In this document: positions 7,574 to 17,294 of the stretch, piece by piece
How positions within the stretch are numbered: position 1 is the first letter of the stretch
Layout of the letters: every line of letters begins with the position of its first letter
DNA from: Clostridia bacterium
GTDB lineage: Bacteria; Bacillota; Clostridia; JAQVDB01
Assembly: GCA_028698525.1 (NCBI GenBank)
Contig: JAQVDB010000029.1
Location: 1 to 29,605 of the forward strand
DNA length: 29,605 nucleotides
Direction of reading: 5' to 3'
Position numbers and translations under genes: made by a program
Notes under the pieces: generated by a model
The model's database searches: none
Told to the model about the DNA's origin: nothing
Seen by the model: only the letters and a program-made list of their open reading frames with translations

Positions 7574-7843
7574 ATGTTTAAAATTTTTATTACAACTTTA
7601 GGTATAATATTTATGGCTGAATTAGGGGATAAAACACAGCTAGCCACCATGCTGCTAGCTGCTGAAAGTAAATCATGGCTTGCTGTTTTCTTAGGTGCTG
7701 TAACTGCTCTTTGTTTGAGCACTCTAATAGGTGTTTTTTCAGGCTCTATCCTATCTAAAACAATACCTACTACATATTTACAAACTGGAGCAGGTCTTGC
7801 CTTTATAATAATAGGGTTTTTACTTTTATTTAATAAAATTTAA
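7574..7843 (+). CDS. Single-domain UPF0016 (GDT1/TMEM165-like) cation transporter subunit
   Basis: MFKIFITTLGIIFMAELGDKTQLATMLLA carries the E-x-G-D-K-T signature. GGAGG at 7561-7565 precedes ATG 7574. The longer track ORF 7361..7843 is an in-frame upstream extension. Confidence 0.75.
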   Translation: MFKIFITTLGIIFMAELGDKTQLATMLLAAESKSWLAVFLGAVTALCLSTLIGVFSGSILSKTIPTTYLQTGAGLAFIIIGFLLLFNKI

Positions 7844-8684
7844 CTTTTTTGTTCTTAACACTTGACTTTGGTATCTTTATTATCACTTCAAAGAAATCTC
7901 CCTTATCCTCCTGCATGTATTTCGCTTCTAAACCTGCATCTTTCATTATCTTAACAGTTTTTTTAATAGTATTAAAAAAAATTCTTAAATCCTTGTATGC
8001 TCTTATTACAATTCTTTTGTTTTGAGAATCTTTGTTCTTCTCATATATCCTAGATATAGTTTTATCTATCAATTCTTCAGTGGTTTTAACATTGAGATTT
8101 TTTTCTATTATCTTATTTACTATCTCTTCTTGTAAATCTGAATCAGGAATCTTTAATAAAGCTCTTGCATGTCTTTCAGTTAAATTATGTTCTACTATCT
8201 TTTCCTTTATTTTCTCTTCCAACTTTAATATCCTTAGCTTATTAGCTATAGTAGATTGCTTTTTTCCAACTTTTTTTGCCAACTGCTGCTGTGTCATATT
8301 ATAATCATTGAGAAGATTATAATATCCTTCAGCTTCTTCTAGGAAGTGAAGATCCTCCCTTTGCAAGTTTTCAATCAAAGCTATTATTGCGGAATCCTGA
8401 TCAACAGCATTCATTACAATACACGGGATATACTTGAATCCTGCAATTTTACTTGCCTTAAGACGCCTTTCACCAGCAATGAGCTCATATGTATTTTTTC
8501 CAGTCTTTCTAACACTTATGGGCTGTAAAACTCCATACTCCTTTATAGATTCAGATAACTCTTCTAATCCAGTCTGTACAAATGTCTTTCTAGGTTGATA
8601 TGGATTTGGTCTTATAAAATCTATAGGTATTTTTTCAATTGCTTGTCCACTTCGGCTATCCAATACTTCCTTTAAATTTAACAT
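7830..8684 (-). CDS. noc: ParB-family nucleoid occlusion protein (Noc-like)
   Basis: ParB N-terminal domain (IRPNPYQPRK, GERRLKA) plus an HTH. It sits between rsmG and soj as in B. subtilis. Confidence 0.8.
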   Translation of the reverse strand: MLNLKEVLDSRSGQAIEKIPIDFIRPNPYQPRKTFVQTGLEELSESIKEYGVLQPISVRKTGKNTYELIAGERRLKASKIAGFKYIPCIVMNAVDQDSAIIALIENLQREDLHFLEEAEGYYNLLNDYNMTQQQLAKKVGKKQSTIANKLRILKLEEKIKEKIVEHNLTERHARALLKIPDSDLQEEIVNKIIEKNLNVKTTEELIDKTISRIYEKNKDSQNKRIVIRAYKDLRIFFNTIKKTVKIMKDAGLEAKYMQEDKGDFFEVIIKIPKSSVKNKKVKFY

Positions 8685-8860
8685 TACTATCCCCCCATAT
8701 ATATAGATGCCTAATCTATTGGCAATTGAATTAAAAACATATTTGACACCTATACTTATTTATTGTATTCGATATAAATTCTAATAATCCTTCTTATTTG
8801 ATCAAATATTGTTGTATTTTTTTATATTTTTGGTTTATGGGGGGTTTAACGCATTTTTCT

Positions 8861-9586
8861 CTATTTTTCTGCTGCTATAGGGTATTTTTTCACTTTTGCT
8901 GGTTTTCTAGGGAATTTTGTCGGCGTTTGTTTTATCTTATCAATAGTTATTAACTTTCTTTCAATGTCTGTTTTAGGTAAATATATTTGAATAATGTCCT
9001 TGATTGATCCGCCTAAAATTTCAATAGCTTTTTTAGAATCATAATTCAACTCATTTTCAATATTTGGTCCCTTCTGACTTATAAAAACTCCTCCTAATTT
9101 GACCAACGGAATACAATACTCTGACAACACATCCAGCGATGCCACAGCTCTAGACACACACACGTCAAATCTCTCCCTGTACCTCTTATCTTGGCCAATT
9201 TCTTCTGCCCGAACATGTATTACTTCTATATCATCTAATTTTAATTGTGTGATTACCTCTTTTATAAAAACCGTCCTTTTTTTAAGGGCATCTATAAGAA
9301 CCAGCTTAATATCGGGCACCGCTATTTTTAAAGGTATTCCCGGAAAACCTGCACCTGTTCCCACATCAATTAAACGAATATTTTCTCTTATATATCCCGT
9401 TTTTATTATAGTCAACGAATCTATAAAATGCTTATCAATAATTTCTTCTTCTTTCGTTATAGCTGTTAGATTCATTTTTTTATTCCATTCCCACAACATC
9501 ATCTTAAAAGTCTCAAATTGATGCAATTTTTTATCATCCAAATCAATATCCATAAGCATGGCTTTTTGTTTAAATAAATTCTTCAC
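8861..9586 (-). CDS. rsmG: 16S rRNA m7G527 methyltransferase RsmG (GidB)
   Basis: SAM motif DVGTGAGFPGIPLKI. It abuts the mnmG stop codon. Confidence 0.9.
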   Translation of the reverse strand: MKNLFKQKAMLMDIDLDDKKLHQFETFKMMLWEWNKKMNLTAITKEEEIIDKHFIDSLTIIKTGYIRENIRLIDVGTGAGFPGIPLKIAVPDIKLVLIDALKKRTVFIKEVITQLKLDDIEVIHVRAEEIGQDKRYRERFDVCVSRAVASLDVLSEYCIPLVKLGGVFISQKGPNIENELNYDSKKAIEILGGSIKDIIQIYLPKTDIERKLITIDKIKQTPTKFPRKPAKVKKYPIAAEK

Positions 9587-11479
9587 TCATTTATCATCTG
9601 CCTTTTTTCTATTGATTTGCTCTATATAAACAAGCAATACCGACACATCGGCAGGGGATACACCCGATATCCTAGAGGCCTGTCCAATCGATCTTGGTCT
9701 TATATCAGCCAGTTTCTGTTTTGCTTCTATCCTCAAGCTTTTTATATCGTTATAGTCTATATCCTCGGGTATTATTTTATTTTCTAGCCTCTTATATTGT
9801 TTAACTTGATTCATCTGGCGTTTTATATAGCCCTCGTACTTTACTTGTATTTCAACCTGCTGCATAATATCTTCCGAAAGTTGATGGGGTCTTTCAACAT
9901 CAATTTCTTCTATTTTTTCATAATTTAATTCAGGCCTTTTTAGCAAATCATATATAGTTATACCACTTTTAAGTTCTTTGCTCCCGCATTCAATCATTAA
10001 TTTCTGGACCTTTTCATTTGGTTTTATTATAGTATTTTTTATTCTCTCCAATTCCTTATTAATGCCATTTTTTTTGTCTTTAAATGCCTTATATCTTTCA
10101 TCATCTACCAACCCTACCTTTCTCCCTATCTCAGTCAACCGTAAATCTGCGTTATCCTGTCTCAATAAAAGCCTGTATTCAGCTCTTGATGTCATCATCC
10201 TGTAGGGTTCATTAGTTCCCTTAGTTACTAAGTCATCTATCAGTACTCCAATATATGCATCAGACCTATCCAATATCAAAGGCTCTTTATTTTCAATCTT
10301 TCTTACCGCATTAATACCGGCAATAAGTCCTTGAGCGGCAGCTTCTTCATAACCAGAACTTCCATTGATCTGCCCTGCTCCAAAAAGTCCCTCAATATCC
10401 TTAAATTCAAGTGATAATTTTAATTGTGTAGGGTCTATACAGTCGTATTCAATAGCATATGCAGTTCTCATGATTTCCACATTTTCCATCCCGGGCAAAG
10501 TTCGATAGACTTCTATCTGTACATCCTCTGGAAGGCTAGAAGACAATCCTTGCACATACATTTCTAAAGTATTCTCTCCTTCAGGTTCTATAAAAACCTG
10601 ATGCCTTGTCTTTTCTTTAAATCTTACTACCTTATCTTCTATAGAAGGACAATACCTAGGACCTACCCCTTTTATCTGTCCTGAATACAAGGGTGATCTG
10701 TTAATATTTTTTCTTATTATCTCATGGGTTGTTTCGTTGGTATATGTTAACCAGCATGATATCTGTTGACGGTCCAACTTTCCACTCATAAATGAAAACG
10801 GTATAATTTTTTCATCTCCAGGCTGTTCTTTCATTTTTTCAAGATCAAGTGACCTCTTATTCACCCTTGCAGGTGTTCCTGTCTTAAACCTCATCAGCCT
10901 TATACCTAACTTTTTAAGATTTTCCGACAAATAGTTAGCCGGAAATAATCCATTGGGTCCGCTGCTGTAATTGACCTCGCCTATTATCACTCTTGATCTT
11001 AAATATGTCCCTGTAGCAAGTATAGCAGCCTTACATTTATATATAGCCCCTGTATTGGTTTTTATTGCAGTAACCTTACCATCTTCTACTATTATCTCCT
11101 TAGTTTCGGTCTGCCTTATTTCCAGATTCTCTTGTTTTTCCAAGGTTTTTTTCATCTGCTGCTGATACATGCTTTTGTCAGCCTGTGCCCTAAGCGAATG
11201 AACTGCTGGTCCTTTAGCCGTATTTATCATCCTAGATTGTATAAAAGCTTTATCGATATTCTTTCCCATCTCCCCGCCCAAGGCATCTATCTCTCTAACC
11301 AAATGCCCTTTTGCAGTACCTCCTATAGATGGATTGCAAGGCATCATGGCTACGCTGTCTAAGTTTATGGTAGTAATCAAAGTTTTAAATCCTAGTCTAG
11401 CACAGGCAAGTCCCGCTTCACACCCTGCGTGCCCTGCACCAACAACAACAATATCATAATCACCAGCTATATATTCCAT
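9587..11479 (-). CDS. mnmG: tRNA uridine-5-carboxymethylaminomethyl synthesis enzyme MnmG (GidA)
   Basis: FAD motif [11 protein letters not shown], 630 aa, with GidA-type conservation throughout. Confidence 0.95.
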   Translation of the reverse strand: MEYIAGDYDIVVVGAGHAGCEAGLACARLGFKTLITTINLDSVAMMPCNPSIGGTAKGHLVREIDALGGEMGKNIDKAFIQSRMINTAKGPAVHSLRAQADKSMYQQQMKKTLEKQENLEIRQTETKEIIVEDGKVTAIKTNTGAIYKCKAAILATGTYLRSRVIIGEVNYSSGPNGLFPANYLSENLKKLGIRLMRFKTGTPARVNKRSLDLEKMKEQPGDEKIIPFSFMSGKLDRQQISCWLTYTNETTHEIIRKNINRSPLYSGQIKGVGPRYCPSIEDKVVRFKEKTRHQVFIEPEGENTLEMYVQGLSSSLPEDVQIEVYRTLPGMENVEIMRTAYAIEYDCIDPTQLKLSLEFKDIEGLFGAGQINGSSGYEEAAAQGLIAGINAVRKIENKEPLILDRSDAYIGVLIDDLVTKGTNEPYRMMTSRAEYRLLLRQDNADLRLTEIGRKVGLVDDERYKAFKDKKNGINKELERIKNTIIKPNEKVQKLMIECGSKELKSGITIYDLLKRPELNYEKIEEIDVERPHQLSEDIMQQVEIQVKYEGYIKRQMNQVKQYKRLENKIIPEDIDYNDIKSLRIEAKQKLADIRPRSIGQASRISGVSPADVSVLLVYIEQINRKKADDK

Positions 11480-11489
11480 CCGACCACCT

Positions 11490-12890
11490 CTATTTCCCTA
11501 TACAAAAGTCTTTAAATATTTTATCTATAACATCTTCTTCTACAGTATCTCCAGTTATTTTGCCAAGATTCATCCATGTCTCCCTTATATCTATAGATAT
11601 AAAATCTATAGGCAAACCGCTATTCAAAGTATTCATGGCTTTTTCCAAACTCTTCTCCGCCTGTTCAAGGGCTAGTTTATGTCTCATATTGGTAATCATC
11701 AAATCCTGGCCCATCTTTATTTCACCTTTAAAAACCATATCCGCTACAGCATCTTCAATGATATCCATCCCTATATTTTCCTTTGCCGAGGCTTTTATAA
11801 GAGACTTATCACCTAAAAATTCCTTTATTTCTTCAATATCTACCCTATAGGCAAGATCTATTTTATTTATTATTATAAGAACCTTCTTGTCTTTGATTAT
11901 ATCAAGTATTTTTCTATCTTCATCGGTTATCTTTTCAGATCCATCTATTACAAATATTATCAGATCCGCTTGCTGTATTGTTTCCTTTGTCTTTTGGACG
12001 CCTATTTTTTCAACCAAATCATGAGAATCCCTTAAACCGGCTGTGTCTATTATCCTCATCAATATTCCTTTTATATTAATATACTCTTCAATCAAATCCC
12101 TAGTTGTCCCAGGAACATCGGTAACAATAGCCCTTTGCTGTTTTAGTAATGCATTCATAAGGGAAGATTTTCCTACATTAGGCCTTCCTACAATAACAGT
12201 CTTTATCCCATTTTTTACCAGCATCCCTGCTTCTGATGTATCCAGCAGGTTTCTTATCTTTTTCAATACATCATCGATGCCGTATTCTAACTCTTTTAAT
12301 GAAACCTCTTCAATATCCTCTTCAGGAAAATCTATATTAGCTTCTATTTTGGCCAGCATTTCTAATAGCTTATCTCTCATTTTTTTTATCTCTTTAGTAA
12401 GATTCCCTTGTAATTGGTTGACAGATGCAGATAAGGACATGTCTGTTTTAGAGCTTATTATATCCATCACTGCTTCGGCTTGTGAAAGATCTATTCGTCC
12501 ATTTAAAAATGCTCTCTTGGTAAACTCGCCAGGCTCTGCTAACCTAGCTCCGCTTTTTAAAATACAGTCAAGGGTCTTTTTTACGCTCATAAACCCACCG
12601 TGACAGCTTATTTCTACAACATCCTCCATTGTATATGAATAAGGAGCTCTCATTATAGTCATCAAAGCCTCATCAATATTTTGGTTCCCATCCCTATCGA
12701 TTACATAACCATAAGTTACCCTTCTTGATTTTATATCGCTAGATTTGTTACCACTTTTAGGTTTAAATACCATGTCTGCAATCTCTACAGCCCTATCGCC
12801 ACTTATCCTAACAATCCCTATTCCCCCTTCTCCGGGAGGAGTGGCTATTGCAGCAATAGTATCCATGAATTCCAAATGCATCATCTCCAA
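11490..12890 (-). CDS. mnmE: tRNA modification GTPase MnmE (TrmE); start ambiguous among TTG 12890, ATG 12884/12881 and ATG 12866
   Basis: [23 protein letters not shown]-terminus, G-domain [18 protein letters not shown], and the C-terminal CIGK tail. Confidence 0.95.
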   Translation of the reverse strand: MEMMHLEFMDTIAAIATPPGEGGIGIVRISGDRAVEIADMVFKPKSGNKSSDIKSRRVTYGYVIDRDGNQNIDEALMTIMRAPYSYTMEDVVEISCHGGFMSVKKTLDCILKSGARLAEPGEFTKRAFLNGRIDLSQAEAVMDIISSKTDMSLSASVNQLQGNLTKEIKKMRDKLLEMLAKIEANIDFPEEDIEEVSLKELEYGIDDVLKKIRNLLDTSEAGMLVKNGIKTVIVGRPNVGKSSLMNALLKQQRAIVTDVPGTTRDLIEEYINIKGILMRIIDTAGLRDSHDLVEKIGVQKTKETIQQADLIIFVIDGSEKITDEDRKILDIIKDKKVLIIINKIDLAYRVDIEEIKEFLGDKSLIKASAKENIGMDIIEDAVADMVFKGEIKMGQDLMITNMRHKLALEQAEKSLEKAMNTLNSGLPIDFISIDIRETWMNLGKITGDTVEEDVIDKIFKDFCIGK

Positions 12891-12910
12891 ATACTCTTTA
12901 TGATAGTTAT

Positions 12911-12940
12911 AAACCCAGTATAAGTCCTTATACTGGGTTT
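12911..12940 (-). other. Perfect 13-14 bp hairpin between jag and mnmE; an attenuator or processing-site candidate without a clear U-tract
   Basis: AAACCCAGTATAAG / CTTATACTGGGTTT around a tiny loop. The downstream sequence on the transcribed strand is TTTATAACTATC. Confidence 0.4.
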
Positions 12941-12957
12941 ATGTAAAACAAAATAAT

Positions 12958-13578
12958 CTATTTTAACGTTATCATGACTTTTCTATACGGTTCTTGTCCT
13001 TCGCTGTGAGTACGAACATATGGATTATTCTGAAGTGTTGCGTGTAAAATCCTTCTCTCATAAGGATTCATGGGCTCCAACATAATATTTTTACCAGTCC
13101 TTTTAACTTTCTCAGCCATCTTCATGGCAAGCCTTTTTAAGGACTTTTCTCTTTTACTTCTGTAATTTTCGGTATCCAGTATTATTCTCCTATAAGTTTT
13201 AGCATCTTTGTTGACATAAAGGCTGACAATATACTGCAACGAATCCAAAGTCTGTCCCCTATATCCAATAACTATCCCCATATCCTTACCCTTTATATCC
13301 ATATATATAGTATTTTGCTGTTCTTTTACATCTACCTCTGCTTGTATACCCATTTTGTCCAACAAGAGCTGTAAAAACTCTTTTGCAATTTTACCTTTTG
13401 TCTCTTTTGTCTTTACCTCTACTAACGCAGGTTTACCGCCAATCAAACCAAACAAACCCTTGCTCGGATGCTCAAGAATCTCTATATCAACTTCATCCTT
13501 GTTTACATCAAGCTCTTTTAAAGCAAGATCAATAGCTTCCTGTACGGTTCTTCCTTCCATTTTAACTACTTTTTGCAT
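12958..13578 (-). CDS. jag: Jag/KhpB RNA-binding protein (Jag-N, KH, R3H)
   Basis: C-terminal R3H-type LEPMNPYERRILHATLQ. It is directly coupled to the yidC stop codon. Confidence 0.9.
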   Translation of the reverse strand: MQKVVKMEGRTVQEAIDLALKELDVNKDEVDIEILEHPSKGLFGLIGGKPALVEVKTKETKGKIAKEFLQLLLDKMGIQAEVDVKEQQNTIYMDIKGKDMGIVIGYRGQTLDSLQYIVSLYVNKDAKTYRRIILDTENYRSKREKSLKRLAMKMAEKVKRTGKNIMLEPMNPYERRILHATLQNNPYVRTHSEGQEPYRKVMITLK

Positions 13579-14271
13579 TTATTTTGCCCCCTCATTCATT
13601 GGCTTTTTGGCCGGGCTCATAAAATACTGCTGTATCATTTGAAATAAGTTACTTGCAAACCAGTAAAGAGACAAGCCTGCAGGGAACTTTATACATATAT
13701 ATGCTGAAAAAATCGGAAAAAAGTATGTCATCATCTTATTATCTGCAGCAGCTTCATTTTGTGACATCATCATTTTGGTAGATAAAAACTGAGAAACACC
13801 AGCTAATACAGGCAATATATAATATCCATTAAAATAAGGCGTCAAAGGATTTCCGGCCATATCCTTGGTTACATAAGCATCTGGCAACCCCATATTTTTG
13901 ATCCACAAAAACCCTTGTCCTCCAAAATCTATCTCCCTCACAACATAAAACAAAGCAAATATAATTGGCAGTTGTATAAGCATGGGCAAGCAACCACCTA
14001 AAGGACTTACATTGTTCTTTTGATATAGCTCCATTGTCTTCTGCCCCAGTTTATCCTTATCATTTTTATACTTTTTTTGAATTTTTTCCAATTCAGGCTG
14101 AAGCTGCTGAATTTTCTTCTGATAATCCAGCTGTTTATAAGTAAGCGGAAATAATATCAATTTAATCAAAACGGTAAATTCAATAACAGCAATTCCCCAA
14201 TTTTCAAAGGCTACATTATTATATAAAAACTCGAGTATTTTTGCTAAAAAACCAATCAGAGCTTTCCACAC
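13579..14271 (-). CDS. yidC: Membrane protein insertase YidC/SpoIIIJ; GTG start
   Basis: YidC/Oxa1 core (QKKIQQLQPELEKIQKKYK, GGCLPMLIQLPI). GGGGGA SD lies 7 nt before GTG 14271. Confidence 0.9.
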   Translation of the reverse strand: MWKALIGFLAKILEFLYNNVAFENWGIAVIEFTVLIKLILFPLTYKQLDYQKKIQQLQPELEKIQKKYKNDKDKLGQKTMELYQKNNVSPLGGCLPMLIQLPIIFALFYVVREIDFGGQGFLWIKNMGLPDAYVTKDMAGNPLTPYFNGYYILPVLAGVSQFLSTKMMMSQNEAAADNKMMTYFFPIFSAYICIKFPAGLSLYWFASNLFQMIQQYFMSPAKKPMNEGAK

Positions 14272-14372
14272 TTGGGTATCCCCCCTATTTTTTTATTATG
14301 CTAGTACATTGTGAAACAGAGTGGATGTTACACAAAGTTTCAATACAATCAATTGATAATACAAAATTTCTT

Positions 14373-14585
14373 CTATCTCAAGGGGTCGTATCCGCCAGAA
14401 TGAAAAGGATGACATTTTAACAGCCTTTTTACAGTCAAATATAATCCTTTTATAACCCCATACTTTTCAATAGCCAAATATGAATATCTAGAACAAGTAG
14501 GATAAAACCTGCATGTTCGTGGTTTTAAAGGCGATATATATTTTGAATAAAACCTTATAATTCCCAGCATAAATTTTTTTATCAT
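14373..14585 (-). CDS. yidD: Membrane protein insertion efficiency factor YidD
   Basis: 70 aa with [21 protein letters not shown], diagnostic for YidD. Confidence 0.9.
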   Translation of the reverse strand: MIKKFMLGIIRFYSKYISPLKPRTCRFYPTCSRYSYLAIEKYGVIKGLYLTVKRLLKCHPFHSGGYDPLR

Positions 14586-14612
14586 TATCAGATCACTATT
14601 CCTAAAAAAACT

Positions 14613-14942
14613 TTACAATCCTGCTCTTTTCAATAAGTCATCGATAGAACATCCTGCCTCATTATAATTCATATTTGAAGCTCCTACTCTAACTATAAAA
14701 ACTAAATCATATCCTTTTTTTATTTTATCATACTTCTTCCTTAAATTCTCCTTAATAATCCTTTTTATTCTGTTTCTCGTAACACTGTTGCCTACTTTTT
14801 TACTGATAGATATGCCAAATCTGGATTCAACCAATCTATTTTTTTTATAATATAATACCAATTGTCTATTAGAGATTGATCTGCCCTTTCTGTATATACT
14901 AACAAAATCTTTATTCTTTTTAATATTTTCCATACTACTCAT
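14613..14942 (-). CDS. rnpA: RNase P protein component
   Basis: Basic 109-aa protein (KKNKDFVSIYRKG..RNRIKRIIKE) immediately downstream of rpmH. Confidence 0.9.
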   Translation of the reverse strand: MSSMENIKKNKDFVSIYRKGRSISNRQLVLYYKKNRLVESRFGISISKKVGNSVTRNRIKRIIKENLRKKYDKIKKGYDLVFIVRVGASNMNYNEAGCSIDDLLKRAGL

Positions 14943-14974
14943 AAGCTAAACTTCTCCTATTTCCCACCAAGGCG

Positions 14975-15001
14975 AAAAAAGACCACCCCTAGAGCGGTCT
15001 T
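14975..15001 (-). terminator. Terminator or attenuator between rpmH and rnpA
   Basis: The minus strand reads AAGACCGCTCTAGGGGTGGTCTT followed by TTTTTT. Confidence 0.55.
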
Positions 15002-15011
15002 ATTTTAACCT

Positions 15012-15146
15012 TTATGCTGTAAGGACTTTTCTTCCCTTTTTTCTTCTCCTTTTAATAACCTTTATACCATTTTTTGTCTTCATCCTCGCCCTAAATCCGT
15101 GAACTTTTTTTCTTTGTCTTTTTTTAGGCTGATATGTTCTTAACAT
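15012..15146 (-). CDS. rpmH: 50S ribosomal protein L34 (absent from the ORF track)
   Basis: My translation is [44 protein letters not shown] (44 aa). AAGGAGG SD lies at 15160-15153. Confidence 0.93.
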   Translation of the reverse strand: MLRTYQPKKRQRKKVHGFRARMKTKNGIKVIKRRRKKGRKVLTA

Positions 15147-15259
15147 ATTTATACCTCCTTTCAGTATTCCACAAATATCACCATTATATTACTATTGTAT
15201 TATATTCTATTAAGACTTTATATGTCAAGAATAACAGAAGATCTATCATATATACTTTT

Positions 15260-15412
15260 TGTGGATAAAGTCCATTCTATTAATTGTGGATAACTTTTTT
15301 TCCTTGTTGATTATCCACAATTAATCTGATATTATAAATACGGATTGTGGATAACTATAAAAAAGTAAATTAACATAAGTTATACACAGATTGTGGATAA
15401 ACATGTGTATAA
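15260..15412. promoter_or_regulatory. oriC: oriC left part: DnaA-box cluster upstream of dnaA
   Basis: Perfect TTATCCACA/TGTGGATAA boxes at 15260-15268, 15285-15293, 15311-15319, 15346-15354 and 15392-15400. One-mismatch boxes (TTATACACA/TGTGTATAA) lie at 15380-15388 and 15404-15412, with more at 15549-15557, 15583-15591 and 15594-15602. Confidence 0.9.
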
Positions 15413-15677
15413 TTAATTTATTTTTGTTTTTCCACTTTAATAAAAACAGCATTTTAAACTGTTTATTATAATACATAGAGTCCTTGTTTATTATGTTGAT
15501 ATATGATAAACATAATCTAGCTATAAATTATTGTCAACATTTTCAAACTTATACACAAGTAAAGATTCCACAAGTATATATATGTGTATAAAATGTGTAT
15601 AATTTTTTTTATTTGAAATATAATAAACTTAAAATAATTGGTAATTTTTATTTATAAAGGCATTTTTATCTATAATT

Positions 15678-15708
15678 AAGTGCTAATTGTACTTTTAGCA
15701 CTTTTTTT
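15678..15708 (+). promoter_or_regulatory. Terminator-like hairpin plus T-run in the dnaA leader
   Basis: AAGTGCTAA (15678-15686) pairs perfectly with TTAGCACTT (15695-15703) around an 8-nt loop, followed by TTTTT. It ends about 20 nt upstream of the dnaA SD (AGGAGG 15727-15732). Confidence 0.45.
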
Positions 15709-15739
15709 AACCAATAATAGAAGAGCAGGAGGTCATTAA

Positions 15740-17077
15740 ATGGACGGCAATATTCCCCAATTATGGAATAAAACATTAGAATTGCTTAAAGATGAACTTA
15801 CTGAGGTTAGTTTCAATACTTGGATAAAGTCAATAAAACCAATATCTATAATAGATAACATCATAAGCCTTGAAGTACCTAATGATTTTATACGTGGAAT
15901 TATTCAAGCAAGGTACATATCTCTCATTACAAATTCACTTAAACAGGTGACTAATGAGGATTTTAGTGTAAATTTAGTTTTATCTGACCAAATAGTTGAT
16001 GCGAATATAAACGAAACCTCATTTTCAAGTAAGGATCAAACAGAAAAAAGGAGATTTATAGGACTTAATCCTAAATATACATTTGACACTTTTGTAATAG
16101 GAAACAGCAATAGATTCGCACATGCTGCCTCACTAGCTGTAGCAGAAGCCCCTGCTAAAGCATATAATCCTCTTTTTATTTATGGAGGGGTAGGACTGGG
16201 TAAGACCCATTTAATGCATGCTATAGGTCATTTTATATTGAACAATACACCTAATACGAAAGTATTATACGTGACATCTGAAAAATTCACCAATGAACTT
16301 ATAAATTCAATAAGAGACGATAAAAACGTGGAATTTAGAAATAGGTATAGAACAATAGATGTCCTCCTAATAGATGATATACAATTTATAGCTGGAAAAG
16401 AAAGAACACAGGAAGAATTTTTCCATACATTCAATACATTACACGAAGCAAACAAACAGATTATTATATCCAGCGACAGACCTCCTAAAGAAATACCTAC
16501 ATTGGAGGACAGGCTCAGATCAAGATTTGAATGGGGTTTGATATCAGATATACAACCCCCAGACCTTGAAACTAGGATAGCTATATTGAAAAAGAAAGCA
16601 ACTATGGAAAATATAGAAGTTGACGATTCAGTCATGCTATACATTGCCGAGAAAATTGCATCCAATATACGTGAGCTAGAAGGAGCATTAATACGTATAG
16701 CCGCATATTCATCCTTGACAAACAAAAAGGTAGATATAGATCTGGCAAAAGAAGCATTAAAGGACATACTTCCAGATAATAAACCAAAAATCATTACAAT
16801 ACCTTTGATCCAAGAAATAGTAGCAAACCATTTTAATCTAAAAGTAGAACAGTTTAAATCCAGAAAGAGGACAAGATCTATATCATACCCAAGACAAATA
16901 GCTATGTATATTTCAAGAGAGCTCACCGATTCTTCACTCCCTAAAATTGGTGAAGAATTTGGAGGAAGAGATCATACAACTGTTATACATGCTCATGAAA
17001 AAATATCTAATGATTTAAAGACAGACGATAATTTAAGGGATATAATAGATTCTCTGGTGGAAAAAATAAAGAATTAA
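15740..17077 (+). CDS. dnaA: Chromosomal replication initiator DnaA
   Basis: AAA+ Walker [11 protein letters not shown], the LLIDDIQF box and the C-terminal DNA-binding domain ([11 protein letters not shown]). Confidence 0.98.
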   Translation: MDGNIPQLWNKTLELLKDELTEVSFNTWIKSIKPISIIDNIISLEVPNDFIRGIIQARYISLITNSLKQVTNEDFSVNLVLSDQIVDANINETSFSSKDQTEKRRFIGLNPKYTFDTFVIGNSNRFAHAASLAVAEAPAKAYNPLFIYGGVGLGKTHLMHAIGHFILNNTPNTKVLYVTSEKFTNELINSIRDDKNVEFRNRYRTIDVLLIDDIQFIAGKERTQEEFFHTFNTLHEANKQIIISSDRPPKEIPTLEDRLRSRFEWGLISDIQPPDLETRIAILKKKATMENIEVDDSVMLYIAEKIASNIRELEGALIRIAAYSSLTNKKVDIDLAKEALKDILPDNKPKIITIPLIQEIVANHFNLKVEQFKSRKRTRSISYPRQIAMYISRELTDSSLPKIGEEFGGRDHTTVIHAHEKISNDLKTDDNLRDIIDSLVEKIKN

Positions 17078-17082
17078 AAAGA

Positions 17083-17230
17083 TGTGGATAAAGTATGATA
17101 GATTTGAAAGGTTATCCACATCTTCTCAACATCAAATTTATCCACAGTTATATGCCTTAGGATAATTTATTAACATATCAACAGCCCTTACTACTATTAT
17201 TACTATATATATTTATATATACACATATAG
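17083..17230. promoter_or_regulatory. oriC: oriC right part: DnaA boxes, GC clamp, DnaA-trio-like run and AT-rich unwinding element
   Basis: Perfect boxes at 17083-17091, 17112-17120 and 17138-17146. Degenerate boxes TTATTAACA (17167-17175) and ATATCAACA (17175-17183), then GCCC (17184-17187). 17188-17206 reads on the minus strand as TAG TAA TAA TAG TAG TAA. ATATATATTTATATATACACATAT follows. Confidence 0.75.
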
Positions 17231-17294
17231 GAACTAGCTTTCAAAATGAATTTTTACTCAATATGTTTAAAACATATAAAAGGAGGTCAATCAA

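Noticed and set aside
7361-7843. 160-aa version of the UPF0016 ORF in the supplied track
   Set aside because: The first 71 codons overlap the 7248..7553 ORF in another frame and do not look like membrane protein. A strong SD (GGAGG 7561-7565) precedes the internal ATG at 7574, where the UPF0016 domain begins.
8691-8845. CCCCCCAT / ATGGGGGG inverted 8-mers flanking the rsmG-noc spacer, which could sequester the noc SD
   Set aside because: They are about 140 nt apart with no supporting extension of the helix. The G-run is simply the noc SD, so I cannot distinguish this from chance.
14313-14328. GTGAAACA half-site resembling parS in the yidD-yidC spacer
   Set aside because: Only one half of the 16-bp palindrome matches, and the other half (GTACATTG) does not.
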